From NCBI GenBank assembly GCA_963681965.1, contig OY820579.1:1152001-1216000 (forward strand): 64,000 nt of DNA, given 5' to 3'. Shown here in pieces: positions 40,246-50,504 of the stretch (its first letter is position 1; every line of letters starts with the position of its first letter). Under the pieces are notes generated by a model, which ran no database searches, was not told where the DNA came from, and saw nothing but the letters and a program-made list of their open reading frames with translations. This DNA comes from a bacterium. GTDB lineage: Bacteria > Electryoneota > JAOADG01. Position numbers and translations under genes: made by a program.

Positions 40246-42159
40246 TTACTCGGGTTTCCGGGAAATACGAAGCAGCCAAACGCATAAAACACCAATTGCA
40301 ATACAAGGCACGATCTCACTCCACGGCGATGAATAATTCCAAGCGAGACTATCCCCTATTGATGGTAACGCCGCCGCCCATTTCGATCCGGCATTTTCGA
40401 AGCCTTTTTGGATCGCCCAGAAAATTCCCCCAATCGCACCACCAGCGATCAATCCTGAGGAATACAACACACCTGGCGACGATTCTTGTTCACTATTCGA
40501 TTTATCTTTTTGCTTTCGATCGACAAACCAGCGAATAATACCGCCGATGAATATTGGCGTGGAAATTTCCATTGGTAAATAAGCACCCACGGCGAATGGC
40601 AGCGCTTCCACTCCACACAATTGCATCGTCAATCCGAGAAAGAATCCAATCCAGATTAAATCCCACGGAAGTTTTTGCTCCAATACTCCACTAACGATCA
40701 ATTGCATTAATTGTGCTTTGGGCGCGGGAAGATTTTTGCTTCCAACTCCGAGTGTCGAATGAAGGTATAACAACGTTAATCCGATGACGATCGAACTAGT
40801 GATAACACCAATGACGAGTGCAAGCTGTTGTGCACGCGGTGTGGCACCAACCAGATAACCGGTCTTCAAATCCTGCGAAGTGTTACCGCCATTTGCTGCG
40901 GCGATACAGACAACTCCTCCAACTAGTATTGCCACGATTGCATTCGAGTGTCCCGTCCATCCCAATGCGAGAAAGATTAGCGAGGTGAACATCAATGTAG
41001 TGATCGTCATTCCGGAAATTGGATTAGATGAACTACCAACCAATCCAACGATTCGCGACGATACTGTGACAAAGAAAAATCCGAAACCCACGATCAGCGC
41101 AGCAACCATCAGTCGCAAACCAATGCCACCAGGAATTTGCGGTAGTATCGCAATGAGTAGAACCATAACAAATGCACCGACGATTGTGACCATAATGGGA
41201 AGGTCGCGCTCGGTGCGCGGTCGCCGATCAACTGCAGAAGATCCGGATATTTTCTCGCTTGCGAAGTTTTCGCGGAATGCCGACCAAATCACCGGCAACG
41301 CTTTCAACAGCGTAACAATTCCCCCGAAAACAACAGCACCGCCGCCGATGTAACGAATATAATTCGACCAGATCTCATCGGGTCCCATCATCGCAATCGT
41401 CAAACCGTTTGCCGGTGGGAAAACATCCGGTAAACCTGAGCCGAATAATTTGATCATCGGAATCAGAACCAACCACGAAATCACACCGCCGGATAACATA
41501 TATCCTGCGATCGATGGACCGATGATGTATCCGACACCAAGCAGTTCCGCAGCCATCTCACCGCGAATCGAAGCGCCTTTGAACCATTTCGGATTATACT
41601 CCGGAACATTTTTCCAAAGTGTAAAGACCTTCATCAAAATGGTATAGATGAATCCCATCCCAAGACCGACGAAGACATGTTTCGCCGTTGTTCCGCCTTT
41701 ATCGCCGGAGATCAATACTTCCGCACAAGCTGTGCCTTCCGGATACGGAACTTTGCCATGCTCTTTCACGATTAACGATCGGCGCAAAGGAATCATGAAT
41801 AAAGTGCCGAGGATACCACCAAGGATTGCTAGTGAAAAGATCGTGATGTAATCGAGTTTGTATCCGAGTAAGATTACCGCCGGTAAAGTAAAAACCACAC
41901 CGGCACCGATCGACTCACCGGCAGACGCCACTGTTTGAACGATGTTGTTTTCCAGTACCCCAGCTTTTCCCAGCCAACGAAAAACCGAGATGGCAAGCAC
42001 CGCTACCGGTATCGATGCGCTAACGGTCAGCCCGATTTTTAACCCCAGATAGACTGAAGTAGCTGCGAAAACAAAACCGAATACTACCCCAAGAATGATG
42101 GCGCGAAGTGTGAATTCCGGTTCATTTCGATCGGGTGAGATATAAGGATGGAAGGACAT
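40246..42159 (-). CDS. OPT-family oligopeptide transporter
   Basis: YLGLKIGLTVSASIP, ENNIVQT, YPEGTACAEVL, SSSNPISGM and SQDLKTG. Confidence 0.93.
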   Translation of the reverse strand: MSFHPYISPDRNEPEFTLRAIILGVVFGFVFAATSVYLGLKIGLTVSASIPVAVLAISVFRWLGKAGVLENNIVQTVASAGESIGAGVVFTLPAVILLGYKLDYITIFSLAILGGILGTLFMIPLRRSLIVKEHGKVPYPEGTACAEVLISGDKGGTTAKHVFVGLGMGFIYTILMKVFTLWKNVPEYNPKWFKGASIRGEMAAELLGVGYIIGPSIAGYMLSGGVISWLVLIPMIKLFGSGLPDVFPPANGLTIAMMGPDEIWSNYIRYIGGGAVVFGGIVTLLKALPVIWSAFRENFASEKISGSSAVDRRPRTERDLPIMVTIVGAFVMVLLIAILPQIPGGIGLRLMVAALIVGFGFFFVTVSSRIVGLVGSSSNPISGMTITTLMFTSLIFLALGWTGHSNAIVAILVGGVVCIAAANGGNTSQDLKTGYLVGATPRAQQLALVIGVITSSIVIGLTLLYLHSTLGVGSKNLPAPKAQLMQLIVSGVLEQKLPWDLIWIGFFLGLTMQLCGVEALPFAVGAYLPMEISTPIFIGGIIRWFVDRKQKDKSNSEQESSPGVLYSSGLIAGGAIGGIFWAIQKGFENAGSKWAAALPSIGDSLAWNYSSPWSEIVPCIAIGVLCVWLLRISRKPE

Positions 42160-42290
42160 AGTATCTCCGGTCGAGCAACGGTTGATAAACTGTCTTTGGA
42201 TTTTGAAAAGATAAGCAATTCTTCGGGCGGGAAAGAAAGAATGTTGAAAGAATTGGAAATTGATCGTTCGAGAAAGAGGAGACCTAAAAC

Positions 42291-42313
42291 AAAAAAAGCG
42301 GCGACCGCCGCTT
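42291..42313 (-). terminator. Intrinsic terminator for the minus-strand ORF
   Basis: AAGCGGCG/CGCCGCTT stem preceded by an A run on the + strand. Confidence 0.7.
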
Positions 42314-42333
42314 GAATGAACAAATTATACCGA

Positions 42334-42690
42334 TTACAACCGTGTGGAAAGAAAGGCAGGAATACGCACGAGTCTGCTTCGGTGGAGCTTGAAGGACAAT
42401 ACCGCAGGTACTGTAGATCGTTTGAAAATAGAAAGCGACAATTTGGCAATTTGGAAAAAGACATTCAGAATAATCGCCAAATTAATCAGAATGACCAATC
42501 CGATCGTAACCAGTGTGGCACCATACAACAGGCTGCCAATTCCGGGTAATGATTGGATAATATGAAGGCATACGAACACTGAGACGAGAATAGTCGAAAC
42601 CATGAGCAACACGGTGAACGAAACGAGGATTTTCTCCCATTCGTTCAAATTTGTGCTTGCTTGAAGCTTCATTTCGACATCGCGTTTCAA
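42334..42690 (-). CDS. Small hypothetical membrane protein (2 TM)
   Basis: AAGGAG RBS before TTG, two hydrophobic helices and a downstream terminator. Confidence 0.6.
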   Translation of the reverse strand: MKRDVEMKLQASTNLNEWEKILVSFTVLLMVSTILVSVFVCLHIIQSLPGIGSLLYGATLVTIGLVILINLAIILNVFFQIAKLSLSIFKRSTVPAVLSFKLHRSRLVRIPAFLSTRL

Positions 42691-43592
42691 TTATACTCCT
42701 TACCGCTTGTGATATGTTATCACCAATACCACAGGTTACTGCTATCTAAATATCGTGGTATTCTTCCAAAAAGTCAACCCATTTCTCAATCAAAGGGTAT
42801 TTTTATCGAGTTTCGTTTTGAATAACAGATGTGAAATCTATATCATATCACAAATGGATGTTTATTTCCTTGAAAACACACAGTTTCAGCAAAATAACCG
42901 TTCTCTCGGAGATAATAGCGATATTGATACTGACCAGTTTTGCTTAAAAATACGAATAAATTGGGACCCCTGTGTGCTCCAGACAACATTTGACGGATCG
43001 TGTGCGATCTAGATCACAATATTGCTAAGCGAAGATACTCCTCGATTAAATTGGAATGTAATAAAAGCGCTGTTTGACACCATTAATCGAGGTTTCACGG
43101 ATCGACATTGATATTTCAATTTGTGTGGATGAATTCGTCTCGAAGAGTATTTTTGCGGTACAAATTAAATTCCGCAATTGATTGTGTAATAAAGAATTGT
43201 AGATGAATAATTATTGAATTGAATTTATCGAAAAACTCTGAGAGAAATCGATAGTATCGCGTTTCTCTCAGAGTAAGTGATCTCTTCGAGAAAAGCAATT
43301 TCTTCGCCCTTGTTATAACGCTTGTAAATGTTGAACTAACGGTGTGTTATTGAAAACATACCGCATGCTCAGTTTGGGATTGTGCGGGCGGTCATAAAAG
43401 TTTTACTAAAACTTTGGTTTTAGTAGTTGCAGTGCCGATTCTTGAAACTTATGTTAGCTATACGCTTATGTAGCTGAATCCGAGTTTTGTAGTAACTAGA
43501 AACCAATACGAATCGTGTTGGAAAATGTTTTTTTATTGTTTGTATCAATTTAATAATTAATGGTTGACTAGAGTTTCACAAGGAGGAACCCT

Positions 43593-46500
43593 ATGAAGTC
43601 TTTGTCAAGAAGTGTGTTGTTGATGTTGCTGTTGCTGCTTGTCGCATCAATGGCAATGGCAACGGCGGTCATTATTCCATCCGGTAACCCATCTACTAGC
43701 TCAAGTCGGTATCCAACCGGTTTGTACTATGGTTGGGAGAATACCGCGTCACTGTATACTTCGGCAGAAGTCAGTGCGACCGGTGGAACGATTAATACGG
43801 TTGCATGGTATGCTACCGCAACGTTCTCGGGCGACAATATCGCGACTAAGCCGCTTAAAATCTACATGAAAGCGACGACGGATGCGACGATTCCGGCAGG
43901 AACCTTCAGCACTCTGATAACGGGTGCGACGTTGGTTTATGATGGTACCGGTCATTCGACTACCGCCTCGACTTGGAATACGTTTACGCTTTCTACCCCG
44001 TTCGCCTTGCCTGCAGGTTCTAACCTGTACATTTTTACCAAGACGAATTTCGGATCAGGCGGCGGATCCAGTAGTTCCGGTGCCGGGAATCGGTATTATA
44101 CGTCTGCCAGTAAATTTGGTTACAACCAAAACGATAGTGGCGATCCTGCTGGTAACGCGCTTTCGATCGGTGGCAATCGTCCGAACGTCCAACTCGATGT
44201 CACGACAGTAGTTTTGCCATGGGCATACAGTGTCAGTTCACCTACTGGACAAGAAGGTGCTGCTGGCTCGACGTTGACTTATACTTTCACGATTAACAAC
44301 ATCGGTTCGAATGCCGATAATTACACGGTCGGACTCTCCGGCAACACCTGGACTTCCGCTCTGTTCCAGAGCGATGGTGTTACCCCGTTGTCTGCTCCGA
44401 TTTCCATCGCTGGCGGAGCGAATAGCACATTTAAGATGAATGTGACTATTTCTGGTACTGCTCTATTTAACAGCACCGACACTACAACGGTTACAATCAC
44501 CCCCGCTGGAACAGGATTATCTGCTTCAACGCGGAAGATTGGATCGAAATGTAATCTCGAAAATACTGTTTCCGGATTACCCTTTACTCAGAATTTCTCC
44601 GGAACGCAATTTCCACCTTCAGGTTGGTCGGTACAGAATCCCAATGGCGATGCTTATCAGTGGGTTCGATATACCGGAACCAATGCCGGCGACGGTATGG
44701 CTCGCATCAATACTTACAGTGAACCATCAGGTTATATCGATTACCTCTGGACCCCAACGTTTGACATGGGCGGTTTCGCTGCTGCAAACTTCCGGTTCCA
44801 ACGGTCATTCTCATCTGCAAGCGATCGCTTGATTGTCGCTTACACCGTCGGTTCCGATCCGACCCTACATGAAATTTTCAATGCTACTTCTACGGTATTA
44901 CAGGGGAGCACAGTTGGTGCCGGTGGAACCTCTCCCGGTACAGCATTAGCCGACACGACCATTTCACTTCCGGCTGGCGCATTACAAAATCAAGTTAAGT
45001 TCGTCTTCAAAGCCGTCAGTGCTTATGGAAACGACATTTTTGTCGACGGGATTAGCATTTACCAAGTCATTCCTTATGCAATGGAAGCGACTCGCGTGAC
45101 TGCAAATTCGAGTTGTGTTGCTGGTAGCTCAGTTTGGTACACCGTCAATATCCACAATATTGGATCTACCGACGACGTTTACCATCTGGAAACTTCCGGT
45201 TTGTGGTATTATGATATCGCCGATGTGATCGACGGTGGACCGATTGCCGATATTCCGGTGATGGCTGGCGCTACCACACCGGTGTACGTCAAAGCAACCC
45301 CGAAGAATGAAGCACTCGCGAATTCAACCGATGCGTTTACCTTATCAATTACTTCGAATGGCGATCCAGCCGTTCACACGACAGTCTCGGGAACCACAAC
45401 CGTGACCCCGGGTTTGACTGTAACCTTTGAAAATAGTAAACGCGGTGCTACAGGCACAGACATTTACTATACTTTCACTGTGAGAAATGTCGGATCCAAT
45501 CCGAACGTCTTCTCGATGGAGTTTTCCAACGCGCCGTCGTGGACAACGACAATTTGCGATGCGATGGGTAACCCTGTTGGCGATACTGGACCGATCGAAC
45601 CCGCAGCGACTTTCTCCGGTCGCGTGTACGTTTCGATTCCTTCTAGCGTTTCTCCGTGGAGTCCGGATAATTTTGTGTTCCACGCTTTTTCACCAGATTT
45701 AGCAGCGAATAGCGTTTCCGTTTCTCGCTTTACTGGCGTCAATTACACGTATCCGTACGTTGCTACTTCGCTGGCAACCAGTGGACCGGCACCGACGTAT
45801 AGTTACGTCGATCCAGTAACTGCTGGACACACCGAAATTCCTTATGTATTGAATTTTGGTTCGGAAGACGATGGCGCCTATAAGTATGGCTTAGGTGAAT
45901 CATTTAATTACGCTGGTTTGAATTACGATTCCGCTAAGATCGGTACGAATGGCGAAATCTATTTTGTCGCTACGTCGTATTCATCGATGAATGAAGGTAT
46001 TTCCGTTTGGAATCGCGATCAAGGTGGTGCAACCGGTTCGCGACCGACGACAGCAAAGATTTATACCCATTACGATGCTACTGCTCATACCACTACAATT
46101 ACATGGTATAACTGGTTGAACTATAACTGGGTGGCTGGTTCGGAACATAAGTATCAAGTGATTTTAAATCATGCTGATCACTCGATTACTTTGAATTATG
46201 CCTTGATCCCCGCGTCAGAAATGACGGCAACCTACGGTATCAATAAAGGTATCGGTTTAGTATTAGGTGCTACTGCCAATACTTCGATCATGAATATTGT
46301 CACCGCCGGTTCGGCGACTATCAATCCCGAATACGGTGGCGGTACAGTCGTGAATGGCGTAACCATCAAGATTTACGGCGTTGCGCCGAATCCATACGGA
46401 TATACGCCGGGTGACGCTGCACTTGATGTCGCACGTGACGCTCAATTGTCATGGACTGCACCAGGTCAATCGTCGTTTGATGTTGCATTCGGTACATCCA

Positions 46501-49121
46501 GTTCCCCGTCGATTGTTGCTTCCGGTTTAACTGGAACGACTTACAATCCAGGTTTGATGGGCTTCAGCCAGACTTATTACTGGAAAGTCTATCATCATCG
46601 TACCGATGGTTCCACCGTGGAATCCCCGGAAATGAGCTTCACCTCGGTTAGTGCTGCAGTTCCAGATGCACCGACTGCAGGCGCAATCGATCCGGCTTCG
46701 ATTACGAATCACAGCATGGTTGTCAGTTGGACCGACAACTCCATTTCCGAAACCGATTTCTACGGATACACCTCTACTACTCCGTTTGCCGTCGATTTCG
46801 CACCACATACTGCCACTCCTGCATTTATTATTCCATCGAATAATGCTGCCGGAATTGGTGATGTCTATACCGATACGTTGTCTGGTCTTTCACCGGACGC
46901 TGTGAGTTACGTTCGAGTCTACGCAGTCAACAATACTGGTAGTAGACTACTTCGTAAGAGTGTTATCGTAAGCGACGAACTGTCAAGCATAACCGCCACG
47001 ACAACGCGGGTATCTGCCAAATCATTGGTAAATACTGGCAGTGCGCAGATTATGACTGGTAGCTTACATTTCTCTGCTAGCTTTGTCGCAGTATCTGCTT
47101 ATACGCTTGCTAATGCAGCCGGTCATCTGACTGCTCACCAAACTGGTTACACCACCGCAACAGTCGATGGAATCGGTGTCGATGGCAACCCCGCGACCAC
47201 GAATTATCGCGTGTTGATTAATGGTGTGTACGCCGGTGGCGCATTGACACCGACGACATTGTCGCGTGCTGCTTGGGCAGCTCACGGATTAACCGGTTTA
47301 CTTTCCGGCTCGGCAAATGCGTTAGTACCAGTTGCTGTAAATCATGACTTGATTGAAGCTCCCAGTGCCGACACAACGATCGTTACTACTCCAGATCCCG
47401 AACGTTCGAATCCGGATGGTTACGGTTACCGCTTCATTACGAATCGCAATGCCCACGGCTTCGCGTATGCTGAAGTTCCGTTAACCAGCCCGACGACTGC
47501 TCCATTTGTGGCAGCTTCGACTTACTCAGTTGGCGATGAAGGTCGCGCAATCATTTACATGGATGGTTTCCACTTCCCATTCTATGGAAACATCTACGAT
47601 TCGTTGACTTTAAGTACAAACTATTTCATCGGTCTTGGCGCCCACGCAAATACCGGTAATTCTTGGACTGCTGGCTCGTTGCCGAACGTCGGCATGCTGG
47701 GCTTCGGTCCTGCCATTTCATTGTTGTGGTGTGATGGTGAAGTCGGTTTGGCAACAACGTGTGCCATTACCTACCAGAATTTCGGCAACAAGTTCGTCAT
47801 CAATTACAAAGATGTTACCCCCTACGGTAACGCAGCCGCATTGGCGAATTTCCAAGTAATTCTGTATTCTGACGGTCGTATTCAGGTTATGTATCGTCAC
47901 GTAGCATCTGGTTGGTCACCCACGATTGGTATTCAGGGTGCAACTACCGGTACTAATTTCTTGCAGTACATGACCTCTGGTTCGATCCCGAGTGACAACC
48001 TTGCTCTTACCTACTACCAGAGCTGGTATCAATCGACTGCTTCGGTTCCGCCGCAACCAGTTGCCGGAATCGGAAGTCTGCCGTTACCAACCGTTGGTGT
48101 TCACGCTGGTATCGTATTCAATACGCCATTGGCTGGTAATGCCGGCGACAATGGTAATCCGCCGTTCATCAGCACGAACCACATCAGCAACAACGTTCCG
48201 AACTCCGACAATACCTTCGGTCACGCACCGGGTTGGGTTGATGGCGACGTTATCGCGTCCGGTATTGCAGCCGCTGCCCCAATTGGACAGATTACTCAGA
48301 TTAACTCGAATGTGCCGGATGGTTCACTCGACGCATGTTTGACATTTGACGTCCCAGTTGGCGTGGATCCGTCCACTGTCCGTGTTATTTATCGCACGGG
48401 ATATTCTGGTCCATGGTTGATTATTCCGAATGTGGCTCCATACAGCTATTCCTTCAACATGATCGACAATACCGTTACCGTATGTGGTATTACGCACTTC
48501 TCGCAGTGGTCGCTCGCTGGCAATAACGACTTGTTGCCGGTTACGTTAAGCACGTTCACTGCAACCGGTGCCGACAATCGCATCGTGTTGAACTGGAAAA
48601 CTGAATCAGAAGTTGACAACGATTTCTTCCGCATTTACCGCTCGACTTCGTCTGAAGCCACCGGTGAAGTGATTGCTGAAATTCGTGCCAATGGTTCGAT
48701 CAGCACTGGTTCGACCTATCGCTTTGTCGATGTCCGTACGACTAATGGAACGACGTATTACTATCGTATTTCCGATGTAAGTCTTGACGGTGTTGAAACC
48801 ACTCATCCGTTGGTTCGCACTGCCACGCCGACTTCTGGTGCAATTGGCGTTCTTCCGACCGAATATGCACTCCAGCAGAACTGGCCGAATCCATTCAACC
48901 CCACGACGGAAATCCGTTATGCGTTGAAGGAAGCCGGTAAAGTTGAAGTGAAGGTCTTCGATGCCAATGGTCGTGAAGTTGTAACTCTGGTGAATGCATA
49001 CCAACCGCGTAATGCCTATTCCGTGTCCTTCGATGGCACGAAGTTGGCTAACGGTGTGTACTTCTATCAGATCCGCGTTAACGACTTCTACTCGGTACGC
49101 AAGATGGTACTCGTGAAGTAA
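43593..49121 (+). CDS. Very large secreted multidomain surface protein (Ig-like/Fn3-like modules) with a T9SS-type CTD
   Basis: AAGGAGG RBS, signal peptide, repeated 'YT..I.NIGS..D.Y' Ig-like units, Fn3-like segments, an 'LPVTLSTF' domain and 'NWPNPFNPTT...KMVLVK'. Confidence 0.88.
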   Translation: MKSLSRSVLLMLLLLLVASMAMATAVIIPSGNPSTSSSRYPTGLYYGWENTASLYTSAEVSATGGTINTVAWYATATFSGDNIATKPLKIYMKATTDATIPAGTFSTLITGATLVYDGTGHSTTASTWNTFTLSTPFALPAGSNLYIFTKTNFGSGGGSSSSGAGNRYYTSASKFGYNQNDSGDPAGNALSIGGNRPNVQLDVTTVVLPWAYSVSSPTGQEGAAGSTLTYTFTINNIGSNADNYTVGLSGNTWTSALFQSDGVTPLSAPISIAGGANSTFKMNVTISGTALFNSTDTTTVTITPAGTGLSASTRKIGSKCNLENTVSGLPFTQNFSGTQFPPSGWSVQNPNGDAYQWVRYTGTNAGDGMARINTYSEPSGYIDYLWTPTFDMGGFAAANFRFQRSFSSASDRLIVAYTVGSDPTLHEIFNATSTVLQGSTVGAGGTSPGTALADTTISLPAGALQNQVKFVFKAVSAYGNDIFVDGISIYQVIPYAMEATRVTANSSCVAGSSVWYTVNIHNIGSTDDVYHLETSGLWYYDIADVIDGGPIADIPVMAGATTPVYVKATPKNEALANSTDAFTLSITSNGDPAVHTTVSGTTTVTPGLTVTFENSKRGATGTDIYYTFTVRNVGSNPNVFSMEFSNAPSWTTTICDAMGNPVGDTGPIEPAATFSGRVYVSIPSSVSPWSPDNFVFHAFSPDLAANSVSVSRFTGVNYTYPYVATSLATSGPAPTYSYVDPVTAGHTEIPYVLNFGSEDDGAYKYGLGESFNYAGLNYDSAKIGTNGEIYFVATSYSSMNEGISVWNRDQGGATGSRPTTAKIYTHYDATAHTTTITWYNWLNYNWVAGSEHKYQVILNHADHSITLNYALIPASEMTATYGINKGIGLVLGATANTSIMNIVTAGSATINPEYGGGTVVNGVTIKIYGVAPNPYGYTPGDAALDVARDAQLSWTAPGQSSFDVAFGTSSSPSIVASGLTGTTYNPGLMGFSQTYYWKVYHHRTDGSTVESPEMSFTSVSAAVPDAPTAGAIDPASITNHSMVVSWTDNSISETDFYGYTSTTPFAVDFAPHTATPAFIIPSNNAAGIGDVYTDTLSGLSPDAVSYVRVYAVNNTGSRLLRKSVIVSDELSSITATTTRVSAKSLVNTGSAQIMTGSLHFSASFVAVSAYTLANAAGHLTAHQTGYTTATVDGIGVDGNPATTNYRVLINGVYAGGALTPTTLSRAAWAAHGLTGLLSGSANALVPVAVNHDLIEAPSADTTIVTTPDPERSNPDGYGYRFITNRNAHGFAYAEVPLTSPTTAPFVAASTYSVGDEGRAIIYMDGFHFPFYGNIYDSLTLSTNYFIGLGAHANTGNSWTAGSLPNVGMLGFGPAISLLWCDGEVGLATTCAITYQNFGNKFVINYKDVTPYGNAAALANFQVILYSDGRIQVMYRHVASGWSPTIGIQGATTGTNFLQYMTSGSIPSDNLALTYYQSWYQSTASVPPQPVAGIGSLPLPTVGVHAGIVFNTPLAGNAGDNGNPPFISTNHISNNVPNSDNTFGHAPGWVDGDVIASGIAAAAPIGQITQINSNVPDGSLDACLTFDVPVGVDPSTVRVIYRTGYSGPWLIIPNVAPYSYSFNMIDNTVTVCGITHFSQWSLAGNNDLLPVTLSTFTATGADNRIVLNWKTESEVDNDFFRIYRSTSSEATGEVIAEIRANGSISTGSTYRFVDVRTTNGTTYYYRISDVSLDGVETTHPLVRTATPTSGAIGVLPTEYALQQNWPNPFNPTTEIRYALKEAGKVEVKVFDANGREVVTLVNAYQPRNAYSVSFDGTKLANGVYFYQIRVNDFYSVRKMVLVK

Positions 49122-49142
49122 GTACGCTTCTCAGCTTCATCG

Positions 49143-49175
49143 AAACGGGCGATCATTTGGTCGCCCGTTTTGTTT
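49143..49175 (+). terminator. Intrinsic terminator
   Basis: AAACGGGCGATCA/TGGTCGCCCGTTT stem. Confidence 0.8.
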
Positions 49176-49444
49176 AACCCGATTAGGACAATCGTTTCAT
49201 TGCCATGAATGGGCATTGTTTTATTTCGAAAGCGAGTTATTCGAGGGTACTGAACCTAAGTTGGTATTGCTTTGATCCCCGACTGGGGTTAACTATTGTA
49301 CTATCAATGATTAACTAGATTACGATAGTCGTCTAGTATGAATCAGTGTGTTCATTAGTTAAGGTCAATAGAATTTACTAGTAGCTGGAATTCTTGAAGC
49401 GCTGCTGATACGTGATTGAGAGTAAATTGAATTATGAATTCAGC

Positions 49445-49473
49445 AAAAAAAAACGGGGCGGTTGCCCCGTTTT
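49445..49473 (-). terminator. Intrinsic terminator
   Basis: AAAACGGGGC/GCCCCGTTTT stem with an A9 run on the + strand. Confidence 0.8.
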
Positions 49474-49492
49474 CTCATCAATCCATCTCCCG

Positions 49493-50458
49493 TTAAAGTC
49501 TGGCAAATCGCCATGTAACGAAACCGGATGCATTTTGACTGTTGTAGTAGTCATCAAAAGAGACCTTCCAAACGTGTCCGTTCTGACGAACTAACAATGT
49601 CTTGTCCCATGCATAAAGTCGGGTATTGATGTAATTAAAAATTCGACCAATCTGAAAGCCATCGTCGGGGTCGGTGGCAAAAGTAACACCAGTTGGAACT
49701 GCGCTTACTTGGTCGTAAGCCTGATTGATCCAAACAGCTTCGGTTGTGGTCGACCGATTCAAGCGACCATACGGGAATTTATAGCCATTGTCGAATGCGG
49801 CGATCAATGCAATTTGCCATTGATTGGATTCAACCATGCCGGAATTGAACCGATACATCTTTGGAGTACCTGTTACACCACCGGTGATGCTGTCAAGATG
49901 AATCGTTGAATTCCAGTATACACGTCCTGAACTCCCACTGATACTATCGCTGAATGTATACTGAAAGCGGGCGATTCCTGAACGGCAAAAGAGCCCTTGA
50001 AATTTGATCCAAGGATATGCGTCGTATCTCAAGATGAATGATACAGAATCAAATCCGGCAATGGAGTAGTGATCGTTTGGATTGAGTGTCGATTCATCGA
50101 CCCATTTCGATCCAATCGCAAGACCGGACGTGTCGTTGACATCGACCATCCAGTTTAAACCAGCGGTATCGCTGAAACTGGCAGTCATTGATTGCGCTAA
50201 TTGGGCAACGTGAAATCCTTTACTACCCGAAGAACCGCAATTAACGCGAAATCTTTGATTTTCACCGCGTACATAAGCAATATCCCATACTTGTACGCTA
50301 TCACCGGTCTCTAGATTCAGATAAACTGGTGTTGTCTTGATATTGTTTGTGTATCTGCTCTCGGGTGCAGTTAACGAACTCTGATCCGAATCGCTTTTTT
50401 TACATCCGATTGCGAATAGTACGCCGATTGAAATGGTCAATACTAGTACTTTCTTCAT
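49493..50458 (-). CDS. HmuY-like lipoprotein
   Basis: Lipobox FAIG|C, 'VYLNLETG...WDIAY...RVNCGSSG' and 'KVSFDDYYN....SGFVTWRF'. Lies downstream of a TonB-dependent receptor. Confidence 0.7.
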   Translation of the reverse strand: MKKVLVLTISIGVLFAIGCKKSDSDQSSLTAPESRYTNNIKTTPVYLNLETGDSVQVWDIAYVRGENQRFRVNCGSSGSKGFHVAQLAQSMTASFSDTAGLNWMVDVNDTSGLAIGSKWVDESTLNPNDHYSIAGFDSVSFILRYDAYPWIKFQGLFCRSGIARFQYTFSDSISGSSGRVYWNSTIHLDSITGGVTGTPKMYRFNSGMVESNQWQIALIAAFDNGYKFPYGRLNRSTTTEAVWINQAYDQVSAVPTGVTFATDPDDGFQIGRIFNYINTRLYAWDKTLLVRQNGHVWKVSFDDYYNSQNASGFVTWRFARL

Positions 50459-50504
50459 TGAAATCCCCCTCCGGATATGTCCGGTTAGACTACTTGAATT
50501 GGTT

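Noticed and set aside
42700-43590. CRISPR array in the long spacers (also 55970-57044)
   Set aside because: There are no regularly spaced direct repeats and no cas genes.
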